Source of the DNA: an uncultured Alphaproteobacteria bacterium
GTDB taxonomy: Bacteria; Pseudomonadota; Alphaproteobacteria; JAJFIK01
Reading direction: 5' to 3'
DNA: 64,000 bases
Assembly: GCA_964561475.1 (NCBI GenBank)
Contig: CAZLPU010000007.1
Coordinates: 15,367 to 79,366, forward strand
The translations under genes and the position numbers were made by a program. The notes beneath the pieces are model-generated. The model saw nothing but the letters and a program-made list of their open reading frames with translations, was not told the origin of the DNA and did no database searches. This document shows, piece by piece, positions 9,767 to 17,935 of the stretch. Position 1 is the stretch's first letter, and each line of letters starts with the position of its first letter.

Positions 9767-10385
9767 CGGTACCCCGGAACAGGGCCCGCAATACATCCTT
9801 GATCCCAAGGATGATTTTCGCGTGGGCATCACCGGTCACGGAAATGAACAGCACGCCGCTTTCACCGCCGCAGGCCAGAACCGCCATCACGTCAAAGCCG
9901 TCGATCCGGTTCAGCACAATGGTCTTGGAGGTCTCGTCGGTGATTTCGAAACTGTAGTTTTCCCGGCTGAAATGGGCGACGGTCCGGCGCATTCGCACCA
10001 TGCATTCGGTCTGATTGCGGATGCGTTCTGAGGCGAAAGTGGCGGTGTGCCAGGACCAGCCCGCTTCGGATGTGCGGGACACGGGATTGAAGATCATTTC
10101 CCAATCCTGGCCCCATTCCTGGACAAGGGCGTCTTCCGGCGCCTGATCCCAGTGGCGTGCGGCCGCTTCATTGAGGTCCTGATCGGGATGCCATACCCCG
10201 TTGCCCTGCTGGGTGCCTGTGTGATGGCTGCCATAGGGCTGGCTTTCCGACAGGTCGCTTTCCGGGGCCGCGGCAGCGCCGCTAAGGGTCCCGAGAGCCA
10301 AGGCTGCACTCAGCAATGTGCCGCGCACCAGTGCCAGACCCGATTTGCCCGTCCCGATTGCCCTGTCCATGTCCGCCTCCTTCAT
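9759..10385 (-). CDS. Hypothetical exported protein.
   Basis: ATG start. The signal-like stretch LALVRGTLLSAALALGTLSGAAAAPE is present. No family recognised. Codon usage matches the host. Confidence 0.5.
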   Translation of the reverse strand: MKEADMDRAIGTGKSGLALVRGTLLSAALALGTLSGAAAAPESDLSESQPYGSHHTGTQQGNGVWHPDQDLNEAAARHWDQAPEDALVQEWGQDWEMIFNPVSRTSEAGWSWHTATFASERIRNQTECMVRMRRTVAHFSRENYSFEITDETSKTIVLNRIDGFDVMAVLACGGESGVLFISVTGDAHAKIILGIKDVLRALFRGTEI

Positions 10386-11170
10386 AACCCGTCATGTCCC
10401 TGCCGGGAGGGCCGGGGACGAACCGTACGCATCTGGCCCGACCCGCTGATCTTGGCCCAATCTGCTCATCATGAGGGGCCGTGCTGAACTGCAACACAGC
10501 CGAGGCTCAAGGTCCAAGCTCAAGTGTGACTGCAAAGGCGCACAGGACCCAACCCTGGGCTCTGCCTCCCTTACACCATCCCCCTGCCGCCGTCTTCGCG
10601 GATCCGCCGCCGTTTTCCGGGCCTGGAATGCCGATGACCGCGGCGCCAGTCTGGCCTTGTTCCTGCAATCGGCATTCAGCTACCGCATGCCCGCTGGCAG
10701 AAGTCCGTTGTCAGGCAGGTTAGAGGCGCATCGGCGCCAGAGCCTGTCCCAATTGGCTTACGGACATCCACGACGGCGGCACAGCGGAACCCCATTGTTA
10801 TTAAGGCTAATCCGGCGGAAAAACCATAGCAACGTCGCGGGAGCAGGGTACCCATACGAGGTGCATCGACCTATGCCTAGACCTGTCGGAGGTTGCGGGA
10901 TGATCAACACCCTGTGGACAAGGCGCGGACCGGTCCGTTTGAGGGGGTGCCTGAGAGGGCCAAACCGCGTCTAATCGGTTACGGTTGCTTGTGAAATTTG
11001 TGTGTCGCCTCGTTTTCCCGTTGCGATGGACAATCTGTTAGGTAACGATCCGAGGCGATATCTACGGTGAAGGCGTGGGGATGAGCGACTGCACACGTGC
11101 AGCGTGCTGGGTGAACGCCATCACCAACCTGTCTCTTTGGTCTATCATCATTTGCCATTTGGAGGGCGGT

Positions 11171-14100
11171 ATGGCCGTGACGTCGGGCAACGACATTATT
11201 AATGGTGTACCTGGGGCTGATGACACAATCTCAGCGCTTCAGGGTAACGATATTATCAATGCGGGGGATGGCGCCGACGAAGTTCGGGGCGATCAGGGCA
11301 ACGACACGATCAACGGCGGAACAGGTAACGATCTGCTCCGCGGTGATCGGACCTGGCTGAGCAATCAGGACGGGGATGATTCGATTGAAGGCGAAGACGG
11401 CGACGACACCATCGAAGGTGGCGGCGGCGCGGATATCCTGAATGGCGGCGCGGATAACGATTCCATCTCCGGCGACCTGTTCGGTTACTTCGGCAGCAAT
11501 TTCGGCAATGATGACATTGATGGCGGCGCGGGGGATGACCACCTGTTCGGCGCCGGCGGCAACGATACGATCCGGGGCGGTACGGGCAATGACGTGATCA
11601 GCGGCGGCCTTTCCCCTGACGACAACTACGCCGACAGCCGGGATGGCGATGACGAACTCTTCGGCGATGCCGGGAACGACATCATCATGGGCGGTGCCGG
11701 TGATGACCTGATTGACGGTGGGGCCGACAGCGACACCGCTGAATTCATTGGCCGCCGGGACGATTACACCGTTGCCGTGGTCAATGGCGAACTGGTGGTG
11801 ACCGGGCCGGATGGCGAGGACACTCTTGTCGATATTGAATTCCTGAAATTCCGTGATGGGACGATTTCCACGGCCGATGCCCTGTCCGGCGGCGATCCGG
11901 CTCCTGAGCCTGAGCCCGCACCGGAACCTGAGCCCGAACCCGCACCGGAGCCCGAGCCCGAGCCCGAGCCCGAGCAGGGGGCGGATATTGAAGGCACCGA
12001 CGAGGGTGAGCCGCTTCTGGGGACCGCCGATGGTGAGACCATCAACGGCCTTGGCGGCAATGACGAGATCTTCGGCCGGGGCGGTACGGACATCATCAAT
12101 GGCGGCGCCGACGACGATCTGATCTATGGCGACGGCATTTTCACGTTTCAGTACGGGGAGTTTGGTCTTCCCGGGCCTGACACCATGACTGGTGGTCTGG
12201 GTAATGACGTGTTCCGCGATCTGATCACCAATATGGACGGTGATGTCATCACCGACTTCCAGACCTTTGCCGATGGCGTTGGTGATGTGCTGCGGGTCTG
12301 GCTGGCGACGCCGGAGCAGACCACATTCTCCCAGGTGAACGACAATGGCGACATCCTCCTGACCATGAATGTGGATCCAGGCGACGGTAATGTCGTCTCG
12401 GCCACCGTGCGGTTTGAAAATGTCACCGGCACCTTCGAAGAGCGCACGGCGCCCACAGGCGATGTGGATTTCATTCTGCTCGCCGACGGCCAGCCGGAAC
12501 CTGAGCCCCAGCCCGAGCCCGAGCCCGAACCCCAGCCGGAGCCTGAGCCCCAGCCGGAGACCGAGCCCGCACCGGAGTCCCAGCTTCAGGCAACCTTCCA
12601 GGTCCGTGAGAACCAGATCTATGGCGACCGGTTCAACGCCGAGATCCATGTCCTGAACACCGGGCCGGATCTTGAGAACTGGACCCTCGACTTCACCCTG
12701 GGCGGTGCGGACATTCTGAGCATCTGGAGTGCCGAACTTCTCGATAGCGCGGACGGCAACTTCGAAGTCACCGGTGACGGCTGGACCACGTCCATCGACA
12801 ATGGCGAAGAGGTCTGGTTCGGCGTGACCGTCTCCGGCAAGCCCGAAGATGTGGACTTCTCCGTCCTCGGTGGCCAGCCCCAGCCGGAACCAGAGCCGGA
12901 GCCCGAGCCCGAGCCCGAGCCCGAGCCAGAGCCCCAACCTGAGCCGGAACCGGAACCCGAGTCCAATCTCAGTGTTCGGACGGAAATCCGGAATGACTGG
13001 GGCACGGGTTTCACCGCCGATGTCTATCTGAGCAACGACAGTGATGAGGATATCGACGGCTGGTCCTTCCTGGTGGATCCGGATTTTGTGATCCGGGAAG
13101 CCTGGGGCGGCGCCGAAGTTCTTTCCTCTGGTGAAGAAGGGTATGTGCTGGGCGGTACCGGCAACGACGCCTTCATCCCCGCTGGCGGAGAAGTGGCATT
13201 CGGCATCACCGCCACCGGTTCCTCCGCTGATCTGGACAGCTTCGTGATTGTCGGCAGTGATGCGGACCCGGACCCGCTGCCGGATCCGGGACCTGAGCCG
13301 GTGGACGGTCAGGATGCACCGTTCCTGGTGACCGATCTGAGCACCGTCATTGGGCTGACCATTCCAGGCCTTATCCGTGAGGTCTACCAGCAGCCTATCA
13401 ATGGCGGCGGCACCACCACCATCGTGGCGCCCCAGACAAGCTTTGACGAGATCGACTTCACCTACGCCAACGGTGTCGAAATCGTCACCCAGCCCCGTCT
13501 GCCGGACTTGGATAATCCCCAGTTCGCCGACTTCTTCAGCCCGTTCGTTCCTTACGTCCACAACGACAATGTGGCCACGATCCACAAGGGCACGTTGCTG
13601 ATCGAACAGGGCGGCAGCTACACTATCTCCATGGCGGCCGACCAGGCCGGGCAGCTCTTCATCAATGGCGAACAGGTTCTCATTGATGAAACCCGAAACC
13701 TGGGTCCGGACGGGATTGTGCCTGAGACGGTGACCCTGACCCTGGGTGCCGGCGAGCACGAGTTCGAGGTGCGCCACTTCGAAAGCCGCCAGGGCTTCCC
13801 CATCAGCTTGAAGATGGAATACTCCGGCCCGGATACCGGCGGTCAGTTCGTGCCCATGGGTCCGGAGATCTTCGAAGTCACCATCGATGATGCCTCCTAC
13901 TTCGATGCGCCGACGGCGGAGGAAATCTGGCCGGAGTTCATCGTGCCCGGTGACGAGACCACCAAGCTCCAGGGGGCCCGCGACACCAATGACGGTGGTG
14001 CCCGCCTGATCGCCTTCAACGACTTCCAGGGCGATACGGTTTCCATCGACCAGATCTCCGGAAGCTCCGTGGGCGGATTCTTCGACGTGGTGATCATCAG

Positions 14101-14299
14101 CCAGCCCGATGGGGACAACCCGGGCATCGCGAACCTGATCTATACGATCGGTCAGGATGCCATCAACGCCATCGACATTGCCGATGGTGAGACTTACCTG
14201 GACAGTGCGACATTCCGCTTCGAGGACGAGTTCGGCAACTTTGCCGACTATGAACTCTTTGCGGAAATCCAGACCGCGGTTGAGCCGGACTTTGGCTGA
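11171..14299 (+). CDS. Large secreted or surface multidomain protein: N-terminal RTX repeats, Pro-Glu linkers, a second short RTX block, two CBM2-like beta-sandwich modules, a PA14 domain and a ~250-aa unassigned C-terminus.
   Basis: ATG at 11171 is preceded by GGAGGGCGG. GGxGxD nonapeptides span about 11171-11815. The CBM2-like modules are FNAEIHVLNTGPDLENWTLDFTL..IWSAEL (about 12590-12870) and RNDWGTGFTADVYLSNDSDEDIDGWSFLV (about 12968-13255). The PA14-like region is GLIREVYQQ...GTLLIEQGGSYTISMAADQAGQLFINGEQV...HEFEVRHFES (about 13366-13830). Confidence 0.85.
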   Translation: MAVTSGNDIINGVPGADDTISALQGNDIINAGDGADEVRGDQGNDTINGGTGNDLLRGDRTWLSNQDGDDSIEGEDGDDTIEGGGGADILNGGADNDSISGDLFGYFGSNFGNDDIDGGAGDDHLFGAGGNDTIRGGTGNDVISGGLSPDDNYADSRDGDDELFGDAGNDIIMGGAGDDLIDGGADSDTAEFIGRRDDYTVAVVNGELVVTGPDGEDTLVDIEFLKFRDGTISTADALSGGDPAPEPEPAPEPEPEPAPEPEPEPEPEQGADIEGTDEGEPLLGTADGETINGLGGNDEIFGRGGTDIINGGADDDLIYGDGIFTFQYGEFGLPGPDTMTGGLGNDVFRDLITNMDGDVITDFQTFADGVGDVLRVWLATPEQTTFSQVNDNGDILLTMNVDPGDGNVVSATVRFENVTGTFEERTAPTGDVDFILLADGQPEPEPQPEPEPEPQPEPEPQPETEPAPESQLQATFQVRENQIYGDRFNAEIHVLNTGPDLENWTLDFTLGGADILSIWSAELLDSADGNFEVTGDGWTTSIDNGEEVWFGVTVSGKPEDVDFSVLGGQPQPEPEPEPEPEPEPEPEPQPEPEPEPESNLSVRTEIRNDWGTGFTADVYLSNDSDEDIDGWSFLVDPDFVIREAWGGAEVLSSGEEGYVLGGTGNDAFIPAGGEVAFGITATGSSADLDSFVIVGSDADPDPLPDPGPEPVDGQDAPFLVTDLSTVIGLTIPGLIREVYQQPINGGGTTTIVAPQTSFDEIDFTYANGVEIVTQPRLPDLDNPQFADFFSPFVPYVHNDNVATIHKGTLLIEQGGSYTISMAADQAGQLFINGEQVLIDETRNLGPDGIVPETVTLTLGAGEHEFEVRHFESRQGFPISLKMEYSGPDTGGQFVPMGPEIFEVTIDDASYFDAPTAEEIWPEFIVPGDETTKLQGARDTNDGGARLIAFNDFQGDTVSIDQISGSSVGGFFDVVIISQPDGDNPGIANLIYTIGQDAINAIDIADGETYLDSATFRFEDEFGNFADYELFAEIQTAVEPDFG
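11897..11975 (+). repeat. Coding hexanucleotide microsatellite (GAGCCN)n encoding Pro-Glu linker 1.
   Basis: Near-perfect gagccc/gaaccc/gcaccg repeats translate to PAPEPEPAPEPEPEPAPEPEPEPEPE. Confidence 0.9.
12491..12577 (+). repeat. Coding microsatellite encoding Pro-Glu/Gln linker 2.
   Basis: Translates to QPEPEPQPEPEPEPQPEPEPQPETEPAPE. The same hexanucleotide family as linker 1. Confidence 0.9.
12875..12962 (+). repeat. Coding microsatellite encoding Pro-Glu linker 3.
   Basis: Translates to QPQPEPEPEPEPEPEPEPEPQPEPEPEPE. Contains the longest uninterrupted gagccc run of the three. Confidence 0.9.
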
Positions 14300-14325
14300 T
14301 CCGCAGCGCTGAGATCTGTTAATGG

Positions 14326-14366
14326 AGCGGTCCCGCCTGGGCGGGGCCGCTCTTTTGCTTTTGTAA
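14326..14366 (+). terminator. Rho-independent terminator after the RTX/PA14 gene.
   Basis: The hairpin is gagcggtcccgcc / ggcggggccgctc (13 bp with one G-U pair), followed by ttttgcttttg. It starts 27 nt after the stop codon. Confidence 0.65.
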
Positions 14367-14409
14367 GCCGGGGGCTCTGTGGCAGGGTGCTTCTCTGGAG
14401 GGAGTATCC

Positions 14410-15342
14410 ATGACGACAGGCGCGGCGGAGGAGGGGCGGGCGGTTCTCGCCCATCACGGTCGAAGTTTCAATTGGGCCGGGCGGTTTCTGACCGGTCCGA
14501 CCCTGGACCGGGCCGCGCGTCTCTATGCTTTCTGCCGTTACATTGACGATCTGGCCGATGAAAACCCGGATGTGGAGGCCGCCGCCCGGGATCTGGACGA
14601 GGTCTGTGCCGATCTGCGCCGGGGGGCAAGCGACCGGGCCGATGTGGCCGGTTTTTTCGATCTCACCGGCGGCGATCCCCGGGCCCTTGCCGGTGCGCTC
14701 CTGCTCACGGAAACCGTCCGGCAGGATCTCCATCCCATCCGTATAGAGAGTAAGCAGGCGCTTCACGTCTACTCCCTCGGGGTGGCCGGATCCGTCGGCC
14801 TGATGATGTGCCCCATTCTCCGGGTGGATGAAGTGGACCGGGCCATTCCCTTCGCCATCGATCTCGGCATGGCCATGCAGATGACCAATATCGCCCGGGA
14901 TGTTCTTGAGGATGCGCACCGGGACCGGGTTTATCTGCCTGCGGAATGGACCGCCGGGCAGATCGACCCGTCGGATATTGCCGCAAACCGTGACCGCGCC
15001 CGGGAGAGGGCCTGGCCCGCGGTACTCCGCCTGCTTGACGAAGCGGACGCCTATTACACCAGTGCCCGGGGCGGTTTGTGCTTCCTGCCATTGCGCGCCA
15101 GGGCAGCCATTCATGTGGCCTCCCGGGTCTACAGGGGGATCGGTTCGGTCATCCGGTCCCGGGGTCCGGCCCGTTACTGGCAGGGGCGGGCCTACACCAC
15201 AAGGGCCCATAAGGTGCTGCTCACGGCCCAGGCCCTTGGAGGGCTTGCCCTGCTTCCCAGCCGCAAGAGGGCCTGCCATGATGGAGCGCTCCATGGCGCG
15301 ATTGCACCAACCCTTGCCGCCCATGGAGTATGCGGTGGCTGA
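14410..15342 (+). CDS. crtB: Phytoene synthase.
   Basis: Squalene/phytoene synthase motifs are present: YAFCRYIDDLADE (first Asp-rich box) and MQMTNIARDVLEDAHRDRVYLP (second box). Confidence 0.9.
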   Translation: MTTGAAEEGRAVLAHHGRSFNWAGRFLTGPTLDRAARLYAFCRYIDDLADENPDVEAAARDLDEVCADLRRGASDRADVAGFFDLTGGDPRALAGALLLTETVRQDLHPIRIESKQALHVYSLGVAGSVGLMMCPILRVDEVDRAIPFAIDLGMAMQMTNIARDVLEDAHRDRVYLPAEWTAGQIDPSDIAANRDRARERAWPAVLRLLDEADAYYTSARGGLCFLPLRARAAIHVASRVYRGIGSVIRSRGPARYWQGRAYTTRAHKVLLTAQALGGLALLPSRKRACHDGALHGAIAPTLAAHGVCGG

Positions 15343-16555
15343 AGAACGCTGTGATCTGATCATTCTGGGCGGCGGACTCGCGGGGCTTTCCCTTGCCGCG
15401 GCGCTGGCGGAGCTTGGTGCCGATTGTCCGTCCACTGTGATTATCGAGCCCAGACCATCCTATGTCCGGGACCGGACCTGGTCCTACTGGCGTCTCCATG
15501 GCCACCGCTTTGATGAATGCGTGCGTCGGCGCTGGCACCAGTCTCTGCTGCGGGCCAGGGGCCGGTCCGTGACCGTGACCGCCATGGACTATGAGACCAT
15601 TGAGGCGGACCGGTTCTATGAAGTGGCCTTGGACCGGATCGAATCAAACAATAAGATCAGTATCAGGATGGGCTGTGCGGCAATCGATCTTGTCCCCGCC
15701 GGGCAACCGGGTGCTGGCGCTGATGAAGTCATGGTACAGACGGATCAGTCCCTGATCCGGGCAAGGCTCTGCCTGGATACCCGTCCGCCCCACTGGGGCC
15801 AGGGCCGCAACGGGTTTCTGGAGGAGGGCACCGTCCAGTCCTTTGCCGGCCTGGAAGTGGAGACCGCCGAGCCGGTTTTCAATCCCGACCAGGCCATTCT
15901 CATGGACTTCATGAATGGGACACGAGAGAAGGAAGTGCGCTTCTTCTATGTCCTGCCTTTCAGCGAGCGCCGCGCGCTGGTGGAGGATACCCGCTTCACG
16001 CCAGAGGCGGGGGTTGTTCCCCCCCAGGATGGTCTTGAGGCGGAGATCCGGTCCTATCTCGGTTGTTCCTTTCAGGTTCACTACCGGGAGCAGGCGTGCC
16101 TGCCCATGATTGCGGGCCTCGCCCGGGCCCTGCCGGATCCTGCCGGCCGCATCCTGCCCCTGGGCATGGCATCCGGTGCCCTCAGGCCATCGTCTGGATA
16201 CGGATTTCTGGCCATCCAGCGTCAGGTGGATACCCTTGTCGCCGCCATCGTGGCCCACGGCATAGCGCCGGAGGCTCTGGCCCGGGCCATGGTCCGCCGC
16301 CCTGGCTGGATGGAGTGGATGGACCGGGTGTTTCTCGATGTGCTCTATCACAATGCGGACAAAGCCCCGGACTGGTTCCTGGGCATGTTCGAACGGGCCT
16401 CCCAGACCCGGGCGATCCGGTTCATGGCGGATACCGGGTCCCTGGTGGATGCTGCCGCGGTCGCCGCTGCCATGCCCAAGCCGCCTTTTCTGAGAGCGGC
16501 CGCCCGGGTGCTCTATCGCCAGGCGCGGGGGAAGGACAATGACTCTGCCTCCTGA
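15323..16555 (+). CDS. crtY: Lycopene beta-cyclase (CrtY type).
   Basis: The FAD fold CDLIILGGGLAGLSLA is near the N-terminus. RFFYVLPFSERRALVEDTRF matches the CrtY FxYxLP...E.T block. The start is uncertain (ATGs at 15278, 15281, 15293 and 15323), and every option overlaps the crtB 3' end (stop at 15340-15342). Confidence 0.8.
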   Translation: MEYAVAEERCDLIILGGGLAGLSLAAALAELGADCPSTVIIEPRPSYVRDRTWSYWRLHGHRFDECVRRRWHQSLLRARGRSVTVTAMDYETIEADRFYEVALDRIESNNKISIRMGCAAIDLVPAGQPGAGADEVMVQTDQSLIRARLCLDTRPPHWGQGRNGFLEEGTVQSFAGLEVETAEPVFNPDQAILMDFMNGTREKEVRFFYVLPFSERRALVEDTRFTPEAGVVPPQDGLEAEIRSYLGCSFQVHYREQACLPMIAGLARALPDPAGRILPLGMASGALRPSSGYGFLAIQRQVDTLVAAIVAHGIAPEALARAMVRRPGWMEWMDRVFLDVLYHNADKAPDWFLGMFERASQTRAIRFMADTGSLVDAAAVAAAMPKPPFLRAAARVLYRQARGKDNDSAS

Positions 16556-17135
16556 TAAGGCCGTTCTTGATAGTCTGCGTGAAGAGATCTGGTCGGACCT
16601 TTCCGCAGCGGTCACCGACCGGTCGGACCCCTGGCGCACACCGGTCCTGGCCACGGTCGCAGGGGACGGCGCGCCCATGGCCCGCACCGTAGTGCTCCGT
16701 GGGGTGTGCATCCCGTCTGGAGAATTCGAGGTGCATACGGACCGTCTGTCTGCCAAGGTCGATGAGCTGGCGGGGGACAACCGGGTCACGCTGCTGTTCT
16801 GGTCCGAAAGTCGCTCCATCCAATTGCGCTGTACGGGAACGGCGGTTTTCGCCGGTGAAGACCGGCGCGCCGAGGCCTGGTCCCGCCTTCCCGATCATGG
16901 CAGGGCCCAATACCGTTTGCCGGAAGCGCCCGGCACACCTCTTGCCAACGAAGAAGAGGCGGCAACGGCCGCCCGCCCCGTGGATCATCCGAACGACAAC
17001 GGCTTTGACCGGTTTCAGGTGATCACCATCGGCTGTCAAGCCATCGACTATCTTCACATTGCCCGGTCCGGTCACCGGCGAATCCATTTTCGGCACGCTG
17101 AGGGCACGTGGCAGGCCACTCGGGTTGCGCCCTGA
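16539..17135 (+). CDS. Pyridoxamine 5'-phosphate oxidase-like FMN-binding split-barrel protein.
   Basis: A general PNPOx-family pattern: WRTPVLATVAGDGAPMARTVVLRGV, then LLFWSESRSIQLRCTG. The gene overlaps the crtY 3' end by 17 nt. Confidence 0.65.
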   Translation: MTLPPDKAVLDSLREEIWSDLSAAVTDRSDPWRTPVLATVAGDGAPMARTVVLRGVCIPSGEFEVHTDRLSAKVDELAGDNRVTLLFWSESRSIQLRCTGTAVFAGEDRRAEAWSRLPDHGRAQYRLPEAPGTPLANEEEAATAARPVDHPNDNGFDRFQVITIGCQAIDYLHIARSGHRRIHFRHAEGTWQATRVAP

Positions 17136-17327
17136 CATTCCATTTTTCCCTCCTTTTTGCCGTGTTGCTGACGGGGCACACGTATTTTTAACCTGCAGAC
17201 CGGGTAATGGCGTCAGCGTGTCCGTTGGGATGCGCCCGGCCTCGCTCAATCCGGCGCAGACCTGATCACCTGTGGGATCGGGCCTGGGGAGATTTTGCAG
17301 CAGGCCCCACGCAGATGAGGTGAAGGG

Positions 17328-17702
17328 ATGCACACGAATATCTTGGCCCTGGCGGCCGCGGCCACCTTGGCCTTGTCGCCCGTTCTGGCACACGCTTCGA
17401 ACCCTGAGGGTGAAAGCGCGACCCAACAGATTCCCACACAGGGACAGTCTCCGGAGACGTCTTCTGACGGTATGGTCGAAGGGCTCAACGATCCGGCTCC
17501 GGCTTCCGTCCTGGAGCCTGGCGGTGCGGCCGGCTCGGAAGCCGTCATTGCCGGCATGACTGTGGTACAGGCTGCGGCTGCTGCCACCACGGCCGGCGTG
17601 TTGATCGGCACTGTCGCTTTTGTGGCGGCCAACAACGACAACGGCCGGACTTCCAACGGCACGTCCAGCACAGCCGCGCCGTCCACATCCGGCACAAACT
17701 GA
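17328..17702 (+). CDS. Small exported Ala/Thr/Ser-rich protein. Resembles YjbE/GfcA by composition and position only.
   Basis: The signal peptide is MHTNILALAAAATLALSPVLAHA. The mature part is low-complexity (AAAAATTAGVLIGTVAFVAANNDNGRTSNGTSSTAAPSTSGTN). It lies directly upstream of a yjbH-family gene. Confidence 0.45.
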   Translation: MHTNILALAAAATLALSPVLAHASNPEGESATQQIPTQGQSPETSSDGMVEGLNDPAPASVLEPGGAAGSEAVIAGMTVVQAAAAATTAGVLIGTVAFVAANNDNGRTSNGTSSTAAPSTSGTN

Positions 17703-17935
17703 CGGACCGGAATCGGAAGACAAGGGGCATGGGTGATCGCGCCCATGCACCCCGGTTTTGACCGTTCCGAGGGCCTATCATTCAGTCCGTGTGGTCACGG
17801 TCCTGTGCGAATTTGGGCCAACCAGTATGGCAGCCGGGCGAATCCCGCTAGCCTGCCGTCTGTTTCATGCAGATGGGGTGGCGGCCAGGGGACCTGCAGG
17901 GAACGCATTTGTTTCCCGCAGATGTCCTTGAGGTC

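Noticed and set aside
7992-10031. 679-aa plus-strand ORF spanning the P450 region.
   Set aside because: It is antisense to a very well-supported CYP153 gene. The translation is Gly/Ala/Val/His/Pro-rich with no motifs. This is a typical shadow ORF in high-GC DNA.
10471-10974. 167-aa ORF in the long gap upstream of the RTX/PA14 gene.
   Set aside because: The translation is Arg/Ser/Pro/Gly-rich and low-complexity. No RBS or family motif is present.
11897-12962. Regular short repeats that might be mistaken for a CRISPR array.
   Set aside because: The units are 6 nt with no spacers. They lie in frame inside a CDS and translate to Pro-Glu linkers.
11231-13777. 848-aa minus-strand ORF.
   Set aside because: It is antisense to the RTX/CBM/PA14 gene. 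Its repeats (GLGLGLRL..) are just the reverse complement of the Pro-Glu linkers, and it has no independent signals.
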